Shown: positions 9,055-19,044 of the stretch, piece by piece
Layout: the number at the start of each line of letters is the position of its first letter
Numbering within the stretch: position 1 is the first letter of the stretch
From: Candidatus Aenigmatarchaeota archaeon
GTDB taxonomy: Archaea; Aenigmatarchaeota; Aenigmatarchaeia; CG10238-14; SCSR01
Direction: 5' to 3'
DNA length: 64,000 nucleotides
NCBI GenBank assembly: GCA_039000165.1
Contig: JAWBTW010000005.1
Span: 981 to 64,980 of the forward strand
Notes under the pieces: generated by a model
What the model was told of the DNA's origin: nothing
Seen by the model: only the letters and a program-made list of their open reading frames with translations
Database searches by the model: none
Position numbers and translations under genes: made by a program

Positions 9055-9948
9055 CTAGCCATTATTAATTTTTAGCCATTCCCTACCCACTTTCTTATAT
9101 AGAAATTTCCATTTACAAACAGCTTCTTTTTGAGACTTGGAACTTTCTTTAATGAAGATAGCATGGACAAGTTTCTCTTGCTTCCTTTTAGAGGTAAAAC
9201 CTATTTTTACAGCGAATTTTTTAGTGTTACAGAACTTATGAACAATCAGTCTATAAACATACTTTTTTCTCACTATCCTCTTCTTATCGAAAGTGCAACT
9301 ACTTCCTGGTTTTATACACATCGTTATTTTCGAGTCTATTTTAAATTTTTTAAGTAGTTGTTTCACGTACTTGAGAAGTTCCAAAGAAGTGCTCACAAGG
9401 CCTACCTTAACAACAAACCCTTTATTTGCTTCCACATGAGGACAACCTTCAGAATCGAATAAACCTTGTAAGAATTCTTTAGGATACTTTTCTATAACAT
9501 ACTTCAAATCTTTTAACTTTTTTCCAGCAAGAAAATTGTATAGCGATTTACAACCTACTTGGATTCTAAAATACTTTCCGTCTTCGTAAATCTTGTTAGG
9601 TTTTTTGTCAAGAATAAACGCCAAGCAATAAGAAAATTTTTCAACAAATTCTTTATCTTTTGCTCTTAACTCAATTTTATAGTGGTAATTCTTTTGTTTA
9701 TAAAGAGATGCGTCACCAAAACATACGCCAATTATATAACTTAATTCTTTACAAGGTTTTGGTTTAAAGAAACCATAACGTAAAGAAGGTCGATTTTTAA
9801 TAAGATGTTTTACGGTCTTAGGAGTAATTTTAAGAACCCTGCTTATCTTATTTATACTAAGTTTGTTTGCACGTAGCATTTGAACTTTTTCATAAATTCT
9901 TAATCTTTCTACGGGAGTCATGAGACGTAAACTTTTTAATTTCATCAA
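9055..9948 (-). CDS. Free-standing double-motif LAGLIDADG endonuclease with N-terminal HTH
   Basis: LSYIIGVCFGDAS and FLQGLFDSEG motifs, HTH-like LSINKISRVLKITPKTVKH, very basic; no intein splice junctions seen. Confidence 0.88.
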   Translation of the reverse strand: MMKLKSLRLMTPVERLRIYEKVQMLRANKLSINKISRVLKITPKTVKHLIKNRPSLRYGFFKPKPCKELSYIIGVCFGDASLYKQKNYHYKIELRAKDKEFVEKFSYCLAFILDKKPNKIYEDGKYFRIQVGCKSLYNFLAGKKLKDLKYVIEKYPKEFLQGLFDSEGCPHVEANKGFVVKVGLVSTSLELLKYVKQLLKKFKIDSKITMCIKPGSSCTFDKKRIVRKKYVYRLIVHKFCNTKKFAVKIGFTSKRKQEKLVHAIFIKESSKSQKEAVCKWKFLYKKVGREWLKINNG

Positions 9949-10010
9949 TTCTTTTTGTTGATTTCTCTGCCTTAATATGTTTTTGGAACACCTTGCTTCC
10001 GGTAAAAATT

Positions 10011-11258
10011 TTAATGTTTTTTAATGAATTCTGTCAAAACCCTTGCTTTAAAATCAGAAATTATACTCATAAAGTTTACAAAACCATCTTGAGGAGTTGG
10101 AAAACAAGAGAAATATTTATGTACATCACCATCTCCCCACCATTTTGTGCAGCAATAATATAAATGATCGCTAATCTGTAAGAGTCGCCATATTCTTGTT
10201 AGTTCAGGATTGTTCAAGGTTTTGATAGCCTTTTCAAGGTTTTTTAGTTCTTCGAAACAAACTTGTTGCATTCTATTACCAAGCCAGGCAGAAGTATCCC
10301 TTTCCATATCTGCCCAAGAAATTGTGCTGAACTCAAAAACATCAATTTCTCCAACAGGTTCATACTTTTCAATAGTTTCACTGGGCGTGCAAAACTCTAG
10401 GCTTTCGTACTTTAAAACTTCGTAAGGCAAGGCTTTCAAAAACCAGAATATTCCAGATTCTGCCCATTGATGTTCACCAAAAGTTTCATAATCCATAAAA
10501 ATGTTTATACATTGGCCAGGAGTTGCAGCAAGCCAAGCAGCATACTTATCAGCAGTCAAGGGCCATTGATCCCAATCTCTTGCAGAAAATCTATAGCCGA
10601 TATCATCGCTAAGCCTATAATTCCTTAATAAAACCCTTATTCTGCTCTCTGGTCTAGGATCATTAGGGAAAGCATATTTTCTTATGTAAACATAATTTGG
10701 GCTTCTCCATCCTAGAATTTTCTCTGTCCCTTCTGTGAAAATTCCTTTAAAACCCAAATCTTCTACAACCTTTGCTATTAAATTGTTATAAATCATCTCT
10801 GTATTAACAAAAACTTTTGGCGTGAAGTTAAGTAAATCTTTTATGGTTTGGGAGTGCATTTTTACTTGTTCTATAAACTCATCTTTTTGTTCGAAAAGAC
10901 TTGCTAGAGAATGATAGTAAGTTTCGCCTAAGAATTCCACGCATTTTGTTTCTGCTAGCTGCTTAAAGCTATCTATAAGGTCCTTATGAAACATCTCGCA
11001 CAGCTCTAAAAAAACTCCTGTGATAGAAAAAGTTACCTTAAATTTTTTCCTCTCTTTTTTGAAGTTGTCTATAAGCTCTAATAATATTCTGTTTGTAGGA
11101 TAGTAGCATCTACTTGCAACTCTGTCAAAAATGTACTTATCTAGACCATGATTAAAATATTTCGAAAAGGCTTCTTGATTGCTTAGAATACCATTACTCT
11201 GAAAGTTTGTTAATCTAAAAGGCTGGTGAACTTGAAAACAAAGGTTTATCGAAGTCAT
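10011..11258 (-). CDS. GH57 alpha-amylase-type glycoside hydrolase
   Basis: FQVHQP, ETYYHSL, NTE nucleophile, FMDYETFGEH, SWADxERD. Confidence 0.93.
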   Translation of the reverse strand: MTSINLCFQVHQPFRLTNFQSNGILSNQEAFSKYFNHGLDKYIFDRVASRCYYPTNRILLELIDNFKKERKKFKVTFSITGVFLELCEMFHKDLIDSFKQLAETKCVEFLGETYYHSLASLFEQKDEFIEQVKMHSQTIKDLLNFTPKVFVNTEMIYNNLIAKVVEDLGFKGIFTEGTEKILGWRSPNYVYIRKYAFPNDPRPESRIRVLLRNYRLSDDIGYRFSARDWDQWPLTADKYAAWLAATPGQCINIFMDYETFGEHQWAESGIFWFLKALPYEVLKYESLEFCTPSETIEKYEPVGEIDVFEFSTISWADMERDTSAWLGNRMQQVCFEELKNLEKAIKTLNNPELTRIWRLLQISDHLYYCCTKWWGDGDVHKYFSCFPTPQDGFVNFMSIISDFKARVLTEFIKKH

Positions 11259-11322
11259 GATATTAAATTAATGGAAAGCTTATAAATAAAGTTAATGTTT
11301 TAAGAAAAGAGAAAAATTATAT

Positions 11323-13311
11323 ATGAGTGTTTTATTGGCTAGTGACCTTTCAAAAAACTCTTACATCCTCTCGGGAAAAAAAGTCTTTTTCCATAGATAT
11401 TGTGATACTGGTTTCAAAACTAAGTGGACAGGCCTGTGGCAGGATTCTAAAAAATTTCTAGATTATTTTAGTTTCAAAATAAACGGCATCTGGCTTTCTC
11501 CCGAGAACTGTAAAAGTTTTGAATTTGGAGAAATAGATGCGACTCATTTTTTTAACCTAAAAAATATTGAACTAAAAGAATTCTTGCAAGTTCCTGAAAA
11601 TTTGAACTCTTTCATTTCTTTGCTTACAATTCAAAATAATTCTGAGAAAGAGGAAAAAATTAAAGTGGAGGTTGAAATTGGGATTAACATAAGAGAAAGG
11701 GAAGAAAACTGGCATGAAAGAAGCTATTTAACAAGGTTTTATGACAACAAATTGATAGTCAATTCTGAGAAAGGTTGTTTGATTTTTGGGAGTTCTCCTA
11801 CTGGAAACTTTGAACAAAAGCCAATTTATAAAGACCATTATCCTTCGGGAGAGAAACAAAGATGTTTCATTCCAGGAAATTATTTCTTAGATTTTGTTCT
11901 TACCCCTAAATCCTCAAAAGAGATTTTCTTTATTTTTTCTCTAGGAAATAACGAGGTAGAAGCCTTAGCAGAATTTGAAAAAACAAAAACCTCTTTATTT
12001 TCTCTGTTTTTTGAAAAAGAAAAAAAGTATCAAGAGCTTTTAAGTATAACAAAGTTTTCTTGCGGCATGGAAGAGTTAGAGGAACTTTTTAGATGGAGTG
12101 TTATTAATTTAGAAAAGCTTGCTTTCAACTCAAACTTTGGTTTTGGTTACTTTGCTGGCTACCCTTGGTTCACTCAGTTTTGGGGAAGGGATTCAGGGTG
12201 GATAATTCCAGCAATAGTTGACTTAGGAAAATTTGAAGAAGCAAAAGAAGCTTTAAAAACTCTTGCAAGTTTCCAGTCAGAGGAAGGAAAGATTCCTAAC
12301 GTTATTTACATGAACGGGAAAGTAGATTACAATTCAGCAGACTCTACACTTCTTTGGATAATTGCTTTAAATCATTACTTGAAAAATTCTGGTGATATAA
12401 GTTTAATCAAAAGCTTGAAGAAAAATTTTTTCAAGGCTTTGGACTGGATAAAATCCAAGGAAAATAAAGATGGGTTTATAGAGCATGGAGAAAAAGAAAC
12501 TTGGATGGACACTTTAGAAAGAAAAAACGCTTTAGAAATTCAGGCAATGCTTATAGCTTCGTTAAAAGCTGCGTCAGAAATAGCAAAAATTTTCTGGGAA
12601 GATAATGAGCTATGGCAAAAGGCAACAAAACTTGAGAAAAAATTTGAAAAATTTTTCTGGAGCGAGAAAGAAAATTTTTATGTTGATTTTATAAACGGAA
12701 GAAAAGCTAGGACTATCAATTCGATATTTCCTTTATTCTTTGGAATTTCAAGAAACGCGAGGAAAGTCTTAAAAACAATAGAAAGCGAAGAGTTTACTTC
12801 AGATTATGGAGTAAGAACAATATCTAAAAAAGATTCTGAATACAATCCTGCAGGCTATCATACAGGAAGTTCTTGGGGATGGATTGTTGGCTTAGTGGCC
12901 TGTTCAGAATTTAAGAATAAAAACTATAAAAAGGGTCTGGATTACTTAAGAATCCTTTACAAAAATTTGAACCAAAGTTGTGTTAAAAGTTTAGGAGAAG
13001 CTTGGAACGCTGAAAATAACGATGTAAACCTTTGGAAGGTAAACTTTTCTGAACCCGGAGCTTGCTTGCAAGGCTGGAGCTCTGCCTTGGTTATAAGATG
13101 TGTGGACGAATTCTTACTTGGGATGAACATCTATGCTAAAGAAAAAACAGTAATATTGTCTCCTTCTCTTTGGCCTGGGGCAAAAATTTTAAGAAGAAAG
13201 AGAATAGGAAACGATTTTGTAGATTTTACGATTAGAAGAGTAAGGAATAAAGTAGAAGTAAGTTACAAAAGTGAGAATAATTTAAAGTACAAAATAATTC
13301 TTCGCCCTTAA
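11323..13311 (+). CDS. Glycogen debranching enzyme (amylo-alpha-1,6-glucosidase, (alpha/alpha)6 type)
   Basis: AGYPWFTQFWGRD, GKIPN, YNSADSTL, TWMD, GVRT, YHTGSSW, QGWS. Confidence 0.9.
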   Translation: MSVLLASDLSKNSYILSGKKVFFHRYCDTGFKTKWTGLWQDSKKFLDYFSFKINGIWLSPENCKSFEFGEIDATHFFNLKNIELKEFLQVPENLNSFISLLTIQNNSEKEEKIKVEVEIGINIREREENWHERSYLTRFYDNKLIVNSEKGCLIFGSSPTGNFEQKPIYKDHYPSGEKQRCFIPGNYFLDFVLTPKSSKEIFFIFSLGNNEVEALAEFEKTKTSLFSLFFEKEKKYQELLSITKFSCGMEELEELFRWSVINLEKLAFNSNFGFGYFAGYPWFTQFWGRDSGWIIPAIVDLGKFEEAKEALKTLASFQSEEGKIPNVIYMNGKVDYNSADSTLLWIIALNHYLKNSGDISLIKSLKKNFFKALDWIKSKENKDGFIEHGEKETWMDTLERKNALEIQAMLIASLKAASEIAKIFWEDNELWQKATKLEKKFEKFFWSEKENFYVDFINGRKARTINSIFPLFFGISRNARKVLKTIESEEFTSDYGVRTISKKDSEYNPAGYHTGSSWGWIVGLVACSEFKNKNYKKGLDYLRILYKNLNQSCVKSLGEAWNAENNDVNLWKVNFSEPGACLQGWSSALVIRCVDEFLLGMNIYAKEKTVILSPSLWPGAKILRRKRIGNDFVDFTIRRVRNKVEVSYKSENNLKYKIILRP

Positions 13312-13511
13312 ACAAGTTTGTAGAAAGTCCCTTTCTTATCCTTTATTATTTCTATTTTCCCTTCCCTTCCAAGCCATCCCAAAGCTCCGTAGACTTCGTT
13401 TAGCTTGAGTTTTGTTTCCTTTGCTATCATGTTAGCAGTCAAAGGACCTTTTGAATTTAAAGCATGCCATACTTTTCCTGCGTTAACGCCAAAAACTTCT
13501 TCCGGCTTCAT
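13308..13511 (-). CDS. Winged helix-turn-helix protein (DUF2582-like)
   Basis: GVNAGKVWHAL...ALGWLGREGKI signature. Confidence 0.85.
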   Translation of the reverse strand: MKPEEVFGVNAGKVWHALNSKGPLTANMIAKETKLKLNEVYGALGWLGREGKIEIIKDKKGTFYKLV

Positions 13512-13516
13512 AAATA

Positions 13517-14278
13517 TTAGGTTTGGTTTCCTATAAAATAAACTTTTTCATTCTTAAAAGGATCAAAAAGTATTTCTTTAAGCCTTTTCTCATTCTTTTC
13601 AAGAAGTTTCAAAGGGTTTTCTTTTTTCTTTATTTTCCTTATGAAAACGAAGCTGCAATCATTAAAGTTCGGGTTTGGTCTAATTTCTAACTTGTTTTTG
13701 ATAAGAAAAAGGTGAAATGGAAAGCCTTTACCTTTAACAGAAGAATAATCATGCCCTGCAACTTCTGGATAAAAAGTTGCAAATAGCGTATCTTTTTTCC
13801 AACAAACTGTTCTATGGTAGAAGTTTGGATGGACAAATAGAAAATCGTTTTTTCTTAATTTTATTATGAAAGTTTTGAAAGTTTGTTTTTCTGTTAGAAT
13901 AAGAAAACAATCATTTTTAATCACATAGTAAGCCTCTCCACAATAGGTTTCATGAGCATGTCCATAAGTTGAAAAGAGCTCACCTTCCTTGGAAATCGAA
14001 TAAACTCCAAACTTAAGTAAGGTTAAATCAGAAGCAATTCTAGTTCTTTCAAAAATTTCTTTAAATTTTTCTAAACTTTTCCACAAGTGATATTGTTCGT
14101 AAACTACTACATCTCCTTTAAAGGTAAGCATTTTTCTTGCATTTTCTAAGTCAAGTATAACTTTGTCTTGAACGAGCTGTGATGCAAACCTTTTCCATCC
14201 TTCAACTTTTTGTTTAAAGTTTAAAGCTAAGGCATTATCTTTTTCCTTTAAATTATACCCAAAACTTATTCTTGCCAT
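13517..14278 (-). CDS. Cupin-type glucose-6-phosphate isomerase family protein
   Basis: TYGHAH...GEAY, HPNFYHRT, AGHDY...KGF cupin PGI motifs; sugar-metabolism context. Confidence 0.75.
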   Translation of the reverse strand: MARISFGYNLKEKDNALALNFKQKVEGWKRFASQLVQDKVILDLENARKMLTFKGDVVVYEQYHLWKSLEKFKEIFERTRIASDLTLLKFGVYSISKEGELFSTYGHAHETYCGEAYYVIKNDCFLILTEKQTFKTFIIKLRKNDFLFVHPNFYHRTVCWKKDTLFATFYPEVAGHDYSSVKGKGFPFHLFLIKNKLEIRPNPNFNDCSFVFIRKIKKKENPLKLLEKNEKRLKEILFDPFKNEKVYFIGNQT

Positions 14279-14312
14279 AATTTAAAATTATCAGAAAGTA
14301 AAAATAAATCAT

Positions 14313-15587
14313 ATGAGCTTAGCAGTTTATGTTCCTTGGCTTCATATGCATCAACCTTTAGTTTGGCTTAAAGTTAACGAAGAAGAAAAGCTTGTTAGCA
14401 ATTTAGAAAAAATGCTTATTTCTTGCGATTCAAGAGAAAGTTGGGATGCAAAGCTTATAGCAAGAGCTTACAAGAATCCTGCAAAGTACTTTAAACAATT
14501 AAAAGAAGAGGGTTATGAACCAAGAATAATCCTTGACTTTTCTGGAATCTTGCTCGAAAGCCTGGAAGAATTGGGTAAAAGAGGTGTTTTGGATAGGATA
14601 GAGGTTGAGGGAGAAAAAGTAGGTAACATAATAGAGCTTTATAAAGAGGTTCTGAAACTTGATGGAATAGAAATGACAGGCTCAGCCTATTCCCACTGTT
14701 ACTTTCCTGCAATTCCTGAGGAAGATTGGGACCTTCAGGTTAGAGAATGGAAAAATACTTTTGGAAGAATTTTTGGCAAGAAATACTTGGAGAAGATAAA
14801 GGGGTTTTGGCTCCCCGAGCTAGGCTTACCAGCATTTGAGGATAGGGTTTATAAGCTTTTGAAAGTTTTGGAAAGCAATGATTACGAATGGCTTGTTCTA
14901 CCTATTCAAGCAGTAGAAAATTATGAAAATTTAAGTTACGAGGAGAGAATAAGGATAGCTTGCCAGCCACACTTACTCAAAATAAAAGATATTTCTTTTA
15001 AGGTAGTTTTCAGGTTTCCAAGTTATGTAATAGATCAGCAAGCAGGTTGTAGTGCAGAAGAAGTTTATAAAAGGGCTTTACAAACAGCAAGAATTTTTAG
15101 AAAATTTAGTAAAAAGCCTGCCTTGATAGTTCCAGCAAGTGATGGAGAGAACGGTAATGTGATGATGAACGAATTCTTCCCCCAAACATTTGTCCCATTT
15201 TTCAAGGAAAAAATTGGTGAAGAGATAATTTCGTTAACAGTTTCTGAGTTTCTTGACGAATATTATAAAGAAAAAATCGAAAGTAAAATAACGGTGAAAA
15301 CTTTAGGAGCATCTTGGATTGATGGTCATAAGCTCTGGTTAGAGGGAATGAAAAAGATAGAGATTGCAAATAAAATTGCAAACTTGAGCAGAAGGTTCCA
15401 TCAACTAAAAGAAAAAGTTGATGAAAAGAATCTAGAAGATGTAAAAAGGTTTTTACTTATAGCAGAGACCTCTTGCTATGTCTACTGGGGGACTGATTTT
15501 TGGTACAATCAAGGAGAAAAAACTATAAAAATAGTTGAAGAAAAGCTTAAAAATCTTGAAAAAATTTATATGGGGAACAAAGTTTAA
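14313..15587 (+). CDS. GH57 family glycoside hydrolase (second, divergent paralog)
   Basis: HMHQP, GFWLPE, SDGENG, ETSCYVYW. Confidence 0.88.
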   Translation: MSLAVYVPWLHMHQPLVWLKVNEEEKLVSNLEKMLISCDSRESWDAKLIARAYKNPAKYFKQLKEEGYEPRIILDFSGILLESLEELGKRGVLDRIEVEGEKVGNIIELYKEVLKLDGIEMTGSAYSHCYFPAIPEEDWDLQVREWKNTFGRIFGKKYLEKIKGFWLPELGLPAFEDRVYKLLKVLESNDYEWLVLPIQAVENYENLSYEERIRIACQPHLLKIKDISFKVVFRFPSYVIDQQAGCSAEEVYKRALQTARIFRKFSKKPALIVPASDGENGNVMMNEFFPQTFVPFFKEKIGEEIISLTVSEFLDEYYKEKIESKITVKTLGASWIDGHKLWLEGMKKIEIANKIANLSRRFHQLKEKVDEKNLEDVKRFLLIAETSCYVYWGTDFWYNQGEKTIKIVEEKLKNLEKIYMGNKV

Positions 15588-15609
15588 TATTATTATATCG
15601 GGATAAAGA

Positions 15610-16779
15610 ATGAGGATTGCTTTCTTTTCTTGGGAATCGCTCCACTCAATTCCTGTAGGAGGAATAGCTGTTCATGTAACTGAGCTTGCGGCAGCCCTTC
15701 AGAGAAGGGGGCATGAGGTTCACGTTTTCACAAGGATAGGACCAAACCAACAAATTTATGAATGTATAGATGGTGTGCATTACCATCGCTGTCCTTTTAA
15801 CTTTCATTCTGATTTTATTCAAGAAATGCATAATATGAGTAAGTCAATGGTTCACTACTTTTTTGAAACAGAAAATTATGTAGGAAATTTTGACATAGTT
15901 CATGGCCATGATTGGCATGTGGTTAGCGCTTTAGATGAGATAAAAAAAGCAAGAAATAAAAAAATAGTCTGGACTCTACATTCAACTCAATTTGGAAGAG
16001 ATGGAAATCATTTTTATGACGGTAAGGCTAACGATATAAAAAATATAGAATGGTACGGAACTTACATTGCTGATAGGCTAATAGTTTGCTCCCAAACGAT
16101 GAAAAATGAAGCTCAATGGGTTCACAGAGTTCCTGAGTGGAAGATTAGGGTAGTACATAACGGTATTTCTGCGCATAAGTTTAACGGTTTCATAGACCCT
16201 TGGAATGATGTGAAAAAAAGATATGGCATAGGACCTTTGGACCCTGTAGCTACTTTTATTGGAAGGATGACCTATCAAAAAGGCCCTGACTTACTGATGG
16301 AGGCAATTCCTGATATCCTAAACTCTTTCCCAAACGCAAAATTCTTTTTTGTAGGTGACGGCTATATGAAATCTCAAATAGAGCATAGAGCAAGAGAGTT
16401 AAACGTTTCTCATGCAGTAAGGTTTACCGGTTATGTTTCTGAGGAAGAAAAGATAAAAATAATAAAAGCTAGCGATTGTATTGTTGTGCCTAGCAGGAAT
16501 GAACCTTTCGGTATAGTTGTTCTTGAGGCCTGGGCAGCAGGTAAACCAGTAATAGCAACCCATGGAACAGGGGCAGGAGAAATAGTTTGGCATGAGGTTA
16601 CAGGTTTGAGAGTTTATCAAGCCCCTAACTCGATTGCCTGGGGAGTGAAATATATATTTTCTAACTTCGAAAAGGCAAGATGGATGGGAGCTAACGGTAG
16701 AAAAGCAGCAGAAGAAGCTTTCAACTGGGATAGGATAGCTTATTACACAGAGCAAGTTTACAAAGAGCTTTTAGGATAA
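15610..16779 (+). CDS. GT4 glycosyltransferase (archaeal glycogen synthase-like)
   Basis: VGGIAVHV, HGHDW, GRMTYQKG, EPFGIVVLEA. Confidence 0.9.
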   Translation: MRIAFFSWESLHSIPVGGIAVHVTELAAALQRRGHEVHVFTRIGPNQQIYECIDGVHYHRCPFNFHSDFIQEMHNMSKSMVHYFFETENYVGNFDIVHGHDWHVVSALDEIKKARNKKIVWTLHSTQFGRDGNHFYDGKANDIKNIEWYGTYIADRLIVCSQTMKNEAQWVHRVPEWKIRVVHNGISAHKFNGFIDPWNDVKKRYGIGPLDPVATFIGRMTYQKGPDLLMEAIPDILNSFPNAKFFFVGDGYMKSQIEHRARELNVSHAVRFTGYVSEEEKIKIIKASDCIVVPSRNEPFGIVVLEAWAAGKPVIATHGTGAGEIVWHEVTGLRVYQAPNSIAWGVKYIFSNFEKARWMGANGRKAAEEAFNWDRIAYYTEQVYKELLG

Positions 16780-16836
16780 ACCGATAAGTTTAAGTAAAAA
16801 GCAAAGCTATTATTGGTTAAGAATTATGGTGAAAAA

Positions 16837-17058
16837 ATGAAATGCTGGTTTTGCGAAAAAGATGCTCGCGGAGTATGCATAGTTTGCGGAAGAGCTGTTT
16901 GCTACGAGCATGCTGACAAGTTAGATCAATTTACTCACGCTAAAAGCGATACCTGCACAGGGTTTGCAAGTTATGAAAAAGGTTTTAATGTTTTAAAGTG
17001 TAGAGAATGCAAGCTTGAATGGGAAAGTTGGGAACAAGGGAAAAGGATAATCAAATAG
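16837..17058 (+). CDS. Small zinc-binding protein
   Basis: CWFC...CIVCGRAVCYEH and CREC; GGTGA SD before ATG 16837. Confidence 0.7.
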   Translation: MKCWFCEKDARGVCIVCGRAVCYEHADKLDQFTHAKSDTCTGFASYEKGFNVLKCRECKLEWESWEQGKRIIK

Positions 17059-17081
17059 TATTCGACAGAGAATTTTTGTGT

Positions 17082-18128
17082 TTAGAATAAACCCAGAAAC
17101 TTTCCAGCAATTATGAACATGGCATGACTCCAAGCTAAAGGAATAATTGAAGCAGGCTTACTATTTTTTATTTGCTCTGGTAACTTTTCTTCAACTCTTT
17201 CTAAAACCCAGTTAAAATACTCCAAAGCCTTAGCTTTATTTCCGGCTAAGCAAAAATAAATCGAAAGCCAAAAGTTTAAAACAGGCCAGGCTCCCCCTTC
17301 TTTTCTTCTTAAATAACCTGCATACCTATCTCCTTTATAACGCATAATTCCTTTTCCTTCTGTTGAGTTTTCTTCTATTATTTTTTCTACAGTAGAAACA
17401 ATTCTGGGATCTTTTGCGTCAAAAACTTCAGAAGGCCAAACTAAACCAAGCAAAGAAGAATCTACGGTTTTATCTTTTTCTGAGTTAAACTTTCTAACAA
17501 AACATTTACTTTCTTCGTCATAAGCTTTTTCTATTCTTGCTCTCATTTGTTTTAAGCATTCTTCCCATCTTTTGTTTGGACCGATTAAGTTTAAAGCGCA
17601 CTCCAAACCTTTAATGCACATAGCCAAAGAGTAAGTGAAATTTTCCTGTTTTTTTGGCGAAGCAACTCTTTCTTCCCATAAGTCATAATGTCTTTTGAAG
17701 CAACCTCCTTTCCATGAATTACAAATTCCTTCAGCAATTTTTTTGGCCAGTTCATTAAACTTGTTAGTTGAAAAAATTTCAGAGTGGCTATGAATAGCCC
17801 AAAGTAAAGTTCCTAGTTGATCGGGCTGAAATTGCCTTCCATACATTTTTCCGCTAGGATAATATCGCATGTAAAAAATTCCTTCTTCTTTAAACTTTTC
17901 AACTTCCCAGCACCATTCAAAAAATTTTTCTGGAATTTTCTTAATTTTTAGCAAGTCACAAGCATGACAAACAAAGCTGGCATCTCTAGGCCAAACATAA
18001 AAATAATTTTTTACTCCTTTTGGGTAGTCTGGATCATAAATGTTGGAAGCAACTATCGCTCCATTCCTTAAAGAGCATTCGTTAAAAACTTCTATACTTC
18101 TTTTAAAAATTCTCTCAACCTTATCCAT
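17082..18128 (-). CDS. GH15 glucoamylase-like glycoside hydrolase
   Basis: YVWPRDA, QPDQ, DLWEE, DSSLL, RYxGDxY, PLAWSHA. Confidence 0.92.
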   Translation of the reverse strand: MDKVERIFKRSIEVFNECSLRNGAIVASNIYDPDYPKGVKNYFYVWPRDASFVCHACDLLKIKKIPEKFFEWCWEVEKFKEEGIFYMRYYPSGKMYGRQFQPDQLGTLLWAIHSHSEIFSTNKFNELAKKIAEGICNSWKGGCFKRHYDLWEERVASPKKQENFTYSLAMCIKGLECALNLIGPNKRWEECLKQMRARIEKAYDEESKCFVRKFNSEKDKTVDSSLLGLVWPSEVFDAKDPRIVSTVEKIIEENSTEGKGIMRYKGDRYAGYLRRKEGGAWPVLNFWLSIYFCLAGNKAKALEYFNWVLERVEEKLPEQIKNSKPASIIPLAWSHAMFIIAGKFLGLF

Positions 18129-19044
18129 ACTCTTTCCTCACCAATCTTTCAACTTCTTTTCTTGTTGGAAATCTTTCATCACCAAACCTTGAGATAGCAA
18201 AAGAGGCTAATGCATTACCATAAATTCCAGCTTTTTCAATTTTTTTATGTTTCAAATAACCAAAAACAAAACCTGTGTTAAAAAAATCCCCTGCTCCTGT
18301 TGGGTTAATAGCTTTTGTTTTTATTGCTCCTATTCTGAAAATTTTTTCTTTGTTTGCTACCATACAACCTTTTTCACCAAGCTTTAAAGCAACGTTTTTA
18401 CAACCAAAACCTAAAATTTTTTCAACAATTTTTTCTTCATTTTTTTCTCTTGTCAAAATTTTTCCTTCCTCAAAATCCGGAAAGAAAAAATCCAAAAGTT
18501 TGAGGTTCTTTTTCAGTTCTTTTAAGTTACAATTTATCCCACTTTTGAGATCAGGTTCTAAACATGTTATCATTCCTTTTTGTTTAGCAAATTCCAAAAC
18601 TTTTCTTACATCTTTTTGGAAATTTTTCTGTAGGTTATAACCTCCAATATACAAAACTTTTCCTTCAATTTCTTCAAGTTCGAAATCTTTTGATGAAAAC
18701 AAAGCATTTGTTCCTCTAAAAGTTAGCAAAGATCTTGCCCCATCTTTAAAATGAATCCCTATGCTTATTCCTGTTTCTCTGTTTGTTCTTTTAATTTTAC
18801 TTTCAATTCCAAACCTTTCCATTTCTTTTACTATAAAATCTCCAAAAAAGTCATTTCCAACCAAACCGATAAACCTTGTGTTTATTCCAAGCTTAGAGAT
18901 TGCCATAGCAAAGTGAGCAGCTCCTCCACCAACTTCGAGTTTAGCACAATCTACCAAAACTTGCGAATCTTTTTTTGGATATTTTTCTATCGGAGAAGTC
19001 AAGATATCAACGTTTACATCGCCTATAACAGTTATCTTAACCAT
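18121..19044 (-). CDS. PfkB/ribokinase-family carbohydrate kinase
   Basis: GGGAAH, GLVGNDFFG, KLGEKG, PTGAGDFF. Confidence 0.92.
   Translation of the reverse strand: MVKITVIGDVNVDILTSPIEKYPKKDSQVLVDCAKLEVGGGAAHFAMAISKLGINTRFIGLVGNDFFGDFIVKEMERFGIESKIKRTNRETGISIGIHFKDGARSLLTFRGTNALFSSKDFELEEIEGKVLYIGGYNLQKNFQKDVRKVLEFAKQKGMITCLEPDLKSGINCNLKELKKNLKLLDFFFPDFEEGKILTREKNEEKIVEKILGFGCKNVALKLGEKGCMVANKEKIFRIGAIKTKAINPTGAGDFFNTGFVFGYLKHKKIEKAGIYGNALASFAISRFGDERFPTRKEVERLVRKEYG

Noticed and set aside
9055..9948. Intein or group I intron hosting the LAGLIDADG ORF
   Set aside because: Both flanking genes are complete, there are no Cys/Ser...His-Asn splice junctions, and no interrupted RNA gene is visible.
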